DNA from: a virus
Length of the DNA: 64,000 nucleotides
IMG/VR virus record: IMGVR_UViG_3300042311_000577
Coordinates: 32,001-96,000 of that record
Reading direction: 5' to 3' (one strand)
Positions 60,041 to 64,000 of this stretch are shown here, one piece after another. Both the position numbers and the translations under genes were made by a program. The notes beneath the pieces were generated by a model. The model saw nothing but the letters and a program-made list of their open reading frames with translations. It was not told the origin of the DNA and did no database searches. Within the stretch, counting starts at the first letter, position 1; the number at the start of each line of letters is the position of its first letter.

Positions 60041-60739
60041 TTAGTTATTTCTTTCAGCACCTTCTGTACCTCTAGAGAATTGATTACCTGATTCAATATC
60101 TCCAGCAATTATACTAGCTGCTTCATCTATTAATAATTCTATTATATCATCTTTAAATTCACATTCTATATTTGCTGTTGAAGCAAGATTGGTATAAGGA
60201 TCTACACAACCATCTATTTGTATCTTAATGGGCTGTCTATAGTAGATAAGCTCAGCTTCATCAATGTTAAATTCTCCGTTTGTGTAGATATTTACTTGAC
60301 CTCCTTTTAATGTTGCAAAAGTTTCTGCCCATTCAAAACTTGGTTGTTTTGCTTTATCTCTAAGAAGTTCTCTTAAGTTGCCTTCTTCAGCAAGATATAC
60401 CATCATAGGTCTTTTATCACAACAACCCTTTCTAGTTAGAACATCAACTCTTTTCCATTGCAAATAGTCATTAGGAAGAGAACTTGTATAATAATATTCT
60501 TTATCTGCTATAGTTAAATCAAATGTCTGAAGTAAAATTTGTAAATCATCCTTTCTTCTTGTTGAACCCTCATCACCTTCTTTAGTAATATTAATACCAT
60601 GAAGTTGTCTACGGGTCCATTCAACCTGAGCTTTATTAAAAGCCTCAACAATTTGCCAGCAAGTTATATTATCATAATCTTGACTGTCAAGCTTATTAAG
60701 TCTTTGTTTTATCTTTATAGTGATAGTACTATTAAGCAT
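60041..60739 (-). CDS. Head-tail ring protein (crAss gene74-like)
   Basis: 232 aa; LNKLDS...FNKAQ...RRKDDLQIL...YYRQP; downstream of the MCP. Confidence 0.6.
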   Translation of the reverse strand: MLNSTITIKIKQRLNKLDSQDYDNITCWQIVEAFNKAQVEWTRRQLHGINITKEGDEGSTRRKDDLQILLQTFDLTIADKEYYYTSSLPNDYLQWKRVDVLTRKGCCDKRPMMVYLAEEGNLRELLRDKAKQPSFEWAETFATLKGGQVNIYTNGEFNIDEAELIYYRQPIKIQIDGCVDPYTNLASTANIECEFKDDIIELLIDEAASIIAGDIESGNQFSRGTEGAERNN

Positions 60740-60742
60740 CTC

Positions 60743-60868
60743 TTATTTTTTTTTCTTTTTAAGAATTCTTGTAAGAACATCAGCTCTTGTAATTTTATTT
60801 TTAGGAGGTGCTACTGCAGCTAATTTAGCATTTTTAGTAGTACTTTTTGATGTGTTACTTTTTTTCAT
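60743..60868 (-). CDS. 41-aa Lys-rich protein
   Basis: MKKSNTSK...KITRADVLTRILKKKKK; ATG at 60868 follows the previous stop. Confidence 0.6.
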   Translation of the reverse strand: MKKSNTSKSTTKNAKLAAVAPPKNKITRADVLTRILKKKKK

Positions 60869-60869
60869 T

Positions 60870-61064
60870 TTATCCTCTTTTAATATTTTTCCACATTGCA
60901 GCGGCAGCAATTCTTTTACCTTTTTCACCACCACCTGCGGCAGCAGCTACATCAGCAAAACTTTTACCTTTCTTACCAATATCTTTTCCAGCTCTTGCTT
61001 TTTTAGCAACTGATGACTTTTCTTTTTTTGTTAGTCCAGCTGAAGGTTTCTTTTTAGTTGCCAT
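60870..61064 (-). CDS. 64-aa Lys/Ala-rich basic protein
   Basis: Tightly packed ORF with a basic composition. Confidence 0.7.
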   Translation of the reverse strand: MATKKKPSAGLTKKEKSSVAKKARAGKDIGKKGKSFADVAAAAGGGEKGKRIAAAAMWKNIKRG

Positions 61065-61066
61065 GA

Positions 61067-61294
61067 CTATCCTCCGTATAAAGGTCTTTCACCACACTTA
61101 CCATTAGATAGTCTTGCTAATCCAGGAGGGCATCCAGTTTTTACTGCTTCTACCATACTTGGTTTAGCTCCACCTTCTTTCATTTGCATTGGATTAGTAG
61201 TAGCATTATATCCAGGCATACCAACAATAGTTTGTCCACCATTTTTCATTTTTTTCATGGCACCACCACATTTAGCGCAACCTAACTTTTTCAT
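61067..61294 (-). CDS. 75-aa basic protein with MKxGG motifs
   Basis: KCGG, MKNGG, MKEGG and terminal LYGG. Confidence 0.65.
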   Translation of the reverse strand: MKKLGCAKCGGAMKKMKNGGQTIVGMPGYNATTNPMQMKEGGAKPSMVEAVKTGCPPGLARLSNGKCGERPLYGG

Positions 61295-61296
61295 AA

Positions 61297-61638
61297 TTAT
61301 TTCTTTTTAGATTTAACAACACCACCTCTTTTTTGAGTTTTTAATTTATTCTCAAGACCTTTTGTAAATTTTGCGGCAGGTGTATTTTGAGCAGCTTCTT
61401 CTGCTTTTTTAGCAGCAGCTTTTTCTGCAGATTTTTTTGAAGCATCCTTAAATAATTTATTACCTAATGCAGCAATACCTGTAGAAAGAAGTCTACCAGC
61501 CCATTTTGCACCACCACAATATACACAACCATGACTATTAGGATTACCATCAGGACAATAGTTTGGTGGACATTTTTTTGCACCACCTTCTTTCATTTTT
61601 GCAACTGACTTAACAGTTTTTTTATTTGTTGTTTTCAT
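61297..61638 (-). CDS. 113-aa basic protein with MKEGG and QKRGG motifs
   Basis: Tightly packed ORF; Cys cluster; K/A-rich. Confidence 0.65.
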   Translation of the reverse strand: MKTTNKKTVKSVAKMKEGGAKKCPPNYCPDGNPNSHGCVYCGGAKWAGRLLSTGIAALGNKLFKDASKKSAEKAAAKKAEEAAQNTPAAKFTKGLENKLKTQKRGGVVKSKKK

Positions 61639-61649
61639 TGTATATTAAA

Positions 61650-61931
61650 TTAACAGTTCCACTTTCTTAAAGACTTATTGATCCTTGAATCAGGATCATT
61701 AGCTGTCTTAGAGCTTGTTAGTTTTTTCTTCATCCCACTCATCCTAGCACAAAAAGATTTTCTTCTTTTAGCAGACTTACTATCTGGATCAAGTTTAGAA
61801 GGTTTTGTAGTTACAGCTGTCTTAAGTTTACTACCAGGATTAGCTGCTCTATAACTTGCCACTCCTTTAGCATTAAGACCTCCTTCTGAATTCTTACCTT
61901 CTTTTCTTTGCCATGCTGGAGACTTTGCCAT
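61650..61931 (-). CDS. Conserved basic phage protein (DUF6321-like)
   Basis: AWQRKEGKN..GGLNAKG...RRKSFCARMSG...SRINKSLRKWNC, a widespread phage family recognised from memory. Confidence 0.75.
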   Translation of the reverse strand: MAKSPAWQRKEGKNSEGGLNAKGVASYRAANPGSKLKTAVTTKPSKLDPDSKSAKRRKSFCARMSGMKKKLTSSKTANDPDSRINKSLRKWNC

Positions 61932-61933
61932 AA

Positions 61934-62161
61934 TTACTTACTGAAGTTTTTTAAAACATTCATTTGTTCTTTAGCAAGATTTTGCACATCTCTCATTCTT
62001 TTAGCATCCTGTCTAATTTCCTCTGCTCTTTTTAATGCATTCAAGTCAGATTCAATTTCCCATTTTCTCATTTCTGCCTTTGCAGGTCCTGAAATAGAAA
62101 TACCAAGTGAAGATGATTTCTTGGCTGGTGCTTTTTTAGTTGTTGTTTTTTTAATTGCCAT
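61934..62161 (-). CDS. 75-aa basic protein
   Basis: Tightly packed ORF with a K-rich N-terminus. Confidence 0.7.
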   Translation of the reverse strand: MAIKKTTTKKAPAKKSSSLGISISGPAKAEMRKWEIESDLNALKRAEEIRQDAKRMRDVQNLAKEQMNVLKNFSK

Positions 62162-62337
62162 TACTTTTTCTTTTTAGTAGTTGCTTTAATTTTCTTTTCC
62201 TGCTTAAGCATTTCATCAGTAGGTTTCTTACCAGATTTACCAGCAGCCTTATTTTTTTTAGCAGCATTACGGATGTTATCCCAGAGACCTCTCTGGGACA
62301 CACTACCGTCTTTTCTTTTTAGCATTTCTTTTGCCAT
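62161..62337 (-). CDS. 58-aa Lys-rich protein
   Basis: MAKEMLKRKDGS..RGLWDNIR; TAATG overlap with the upstream gene. Confidence 0.7.
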   Translation of the reverse strand: MAKEMLKRKDGSVSQRGLWDNIRNAAKKNKAAGKSGKKPTDEMLKQEKKIKATTKKKK

Positions 62338-63359
62338 TAAGTATTCCAATATTTTTCACAAGCTTGGTTAAGATCCTTTAAAAGATCCTCATGTAAAGGA
62401 TTTTTTAAGTGTTCTATAACATCAGATACATTTCTACCTAGTAAGCTATTTGACTTAGCATGGTAGATATATCCATCAGGCTTATTAATAATATACTTAA
62501 AAAAACTGGAATCACGTACAATTGATTTAATTTTTAGTGTTTCCATATCTAAATTAACTGCATCAATAAATGTTTTTGCTGCTCTTTCTTTGTTAGATTC
62601 AGCACCATCTCCTGAAATATATCTATCCATATTTTCATAGATAACATCCAATGGTGTTGATTTTCTATACTGTGTAGAGTTTGCATCAACTACTTTAGCA
62701 ATGTAAAATAATTTAGTACTGTTTTTATCATATAATTTTTGTAATTCTGAGTAAGCTTTGTTTCTGATTTTTTTGTATTCAGTTCTTACCATTACAGTTT
62801 CTTCTTCTTTATCTAAATAAAATTTAGGTGGAACAGCTTTAGATCTTGCATCATCATAACTTTTTGATATCATTGCAAATCCTCCTGCTTCAATAGCATG
62901 AAGTTTAATTCTATCAAATGGTTTAAGAGGATCAAGATATACTGGTTCATTACCACATGACATTTCTATTTTATTCCAAAATTCTGAATTGTCAGGTTTA
63001 AGTAATTTTACTTTGTTCCAAAAATCTTTATCATCAACATCAATAATATTTGCAGCTAACTCTTTTTCTAATTCAGCAATTGAAGTTCTAATTTCTCTTA
63101 TTCTTGCTTCTTTAAGTTCTGGATCTAAAAGTTTAATTTCAGGAGCAAATTCATTTAATCCTGTGATATATCTTATGACACCATTATTCTCTAAACAAGC
63201 AAGTTGCTCATTATGAGTTACTCCGTCAAAAAGACTCATACCATATTCTTCTAACCCCATGTTAGTAGCTTGTTTGTCAAAGTAAGGTCTAACAGCAATT
63301 GATGTTTTTTTGATGCTGCCTACTCCTACTTCAACCATTGTAAAATCTGTTGTTTCCAT
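62337..63359 (-). CDS. Conserved protein downstream of the MCP (crAss gene75-like)
   Basis: 340 aa; position immediately after the MCP terminator. Confidence 0.6.
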   Translation of the reverse strand: METTDFTMVEVGVGSIKKTSIAVRPYFDKQATNMGLEEYGMSLFDGVTHNEQLACLENNGVIRYITGLNEFAPEIKLLDPELKEARIREIRTSIAELEKELAANIIDVDDKDFWNKVKLLKPDNSEFWNKIEMSCGNEPVYLDPLKPFDRIKLHAIEAGGFAMISKSYDDARSKAVPPKFYLDKEEETVMVRTEYKKIRNKAYSELQKLYDKNSTKLFYIAKVVDANSTQYRKSTPLDVIYENMDRYISGDGAESNKERAAKTFIDAVNLDMETLKIKSIVRDSSFFKYIINKPDGYIYHAKSNSLLGRNVSDVIEHLKNPLHEDLLKDLNQACEKYWNT

Positions 63360-63397
63360 TTTGTTGGTTTTTATTTGTTGGTTATTAAATCTTAAGT

Positions 63398-63424
63398 AAA
63401 AAGGGAGGAGTTACCCCCTCCCTG
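63398..63424 (-). terminator. Rho-independent terminator after the MCP
   Basis: Minus strand AGGGAGGGG-GTAA-CTCCTCCCT followed by TTTT. Confidence 0.85.
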
Positions 63425-63443
63425 TTTTTTTATATAGAGTAGA

Positions 63444-64000
63444 TTAGAATGATCCTCCTGTAACAGGGTTTCTCATAACAATCTTAAGGACTTTAGTTGG
63501 ATCCTTAACCCAGATAGCTGGCATGGTTTGAGACATCATAACTCGGTACCCATTGAATTGTCCAGAAGACTGGAATCCTTGTGTACGTCCCATGTAGTCC
63601 ATAGTACCATTTTGATACCACCATTTCAATTGATTATCCCAAGACAATTTCAACAAGAAGATGTTGTCATTTGTATTGTCAGTGATATCAAAGATAATGA
63701 ATGAGTAAGAAGATAATGGGAAACCATCAATGATTGGGTTCTCAATATCATTTGTATGGATGTTGTCAAATGCAGGGTTCAATACAAACTTAACATTTGC
63801 CAAGAAAGGAATTACATATGAAGTGTAAGCAAATCCAAAGTTCAAGTCCATACCTTTACCAGTGATTGCACCAATATCAGCAGCCTGAATCAATAGACCA
63901 GAAGCAACAGCTTCTCTTTTGATAGCTTCATTTACCATTCTCATTCCACCCATACCAGTTTGAACTACTAGAGATCTTTTTGGATCTGGACCTTGGAATT
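63444..64000 (-). CDS. Major capsid protein, C-terminal part (5'-truncated)
   Basis: Frame is open to the window edge (..FQGPDPKRSLVVQTGMGG..); C-terminal GYRV...IWVKDPTK resembles crAss-like MCPs; followed by a strong terminator. Confidence 0.8.
   Translation of the reverse strand, partial: FQGPDPKRSLVVQTGMGGMRMVNEAIKREAVASGLLIQAADIGAITGKGMDLNFGFAYTSYVIPFLANVKFVLNPAFDNIHTNDIENPIIDGFPLSSYSFIIFDITDNTNDNIFLLKLSWDNQLKWWYQNGTMDYMGRTQGFQSSGQFNGYRVMMSQTMPAIWVKDPTKVLKIVMRNPVTGGSF

Noticed and set aside
3892-63216. Many short + strand ORFs and off-frame - strand ORFs in the track (e.g. 12464..12781, 17945..18295, 27022..27384, 38230..38592, 60720..61013)
   Set aside because: They lie antisense to or inside long, coherent - strand genes and have shadow-ORF composition, with no independent motifs
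1-64000. Stop-codon reassignment (TAG or TGA), known in some Crassvirales
   Set aside because: Giant ORFs are uninterrupted in code 11, and TAG and TGA act as plausible stops (1113, 1875, 61067, 624, 1517) with tight gene packing

Overview
This 64 kb AT-rich window is from a large Crassvirales (crAss-like) dsDNA phage read in the standard genetic code. The host is most likely a Bacteroidota, judging from A-rich leaders without Shine-Dalgarno sites and Bacteroidota-like promoters. Positions 1-1855 (+) are the end of an early/middle module: an acidic protein, a MazG-like pyrophosphohydrolase and small ORFs. The rest (1875-64000, - strand) is one virion module. In transcription order it holds the major capsid protein (truncated), a gene75-like protein, seven tiny Lys-rich proteins, a ring protein, a ferritin/Dps-like protein, a probable auxiliary capsid protein, Cys-rich fibre-like proteins, an IHF-like protein, ring/tube proteins and the muzzle/tail-stabilization protein. 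About 41 kb of predicted ejected cargo proteins follow, including a 4028-aa single-chain virion RNA polymerase (DFDID motif). The most notable observations are: (1) the cargo proteins and tiny basic proteins share recurrent xxGG motifs and short terminal linker modules that bracket swappable effector-like domains (zincin, ART-like, methyltransferase-like), suggesting a modular or polyprotein cargo system; (2) the RNAP carries extra nucleotidyltransferase-, SLOG- and macro-like domains; (3) a fixed-spacing promoter motif recurs five times, and two copies carry a dyad TAAAC-N7-GTTTA site. All protein assignments come from motif recognition by eye and gene order; no searches were run.
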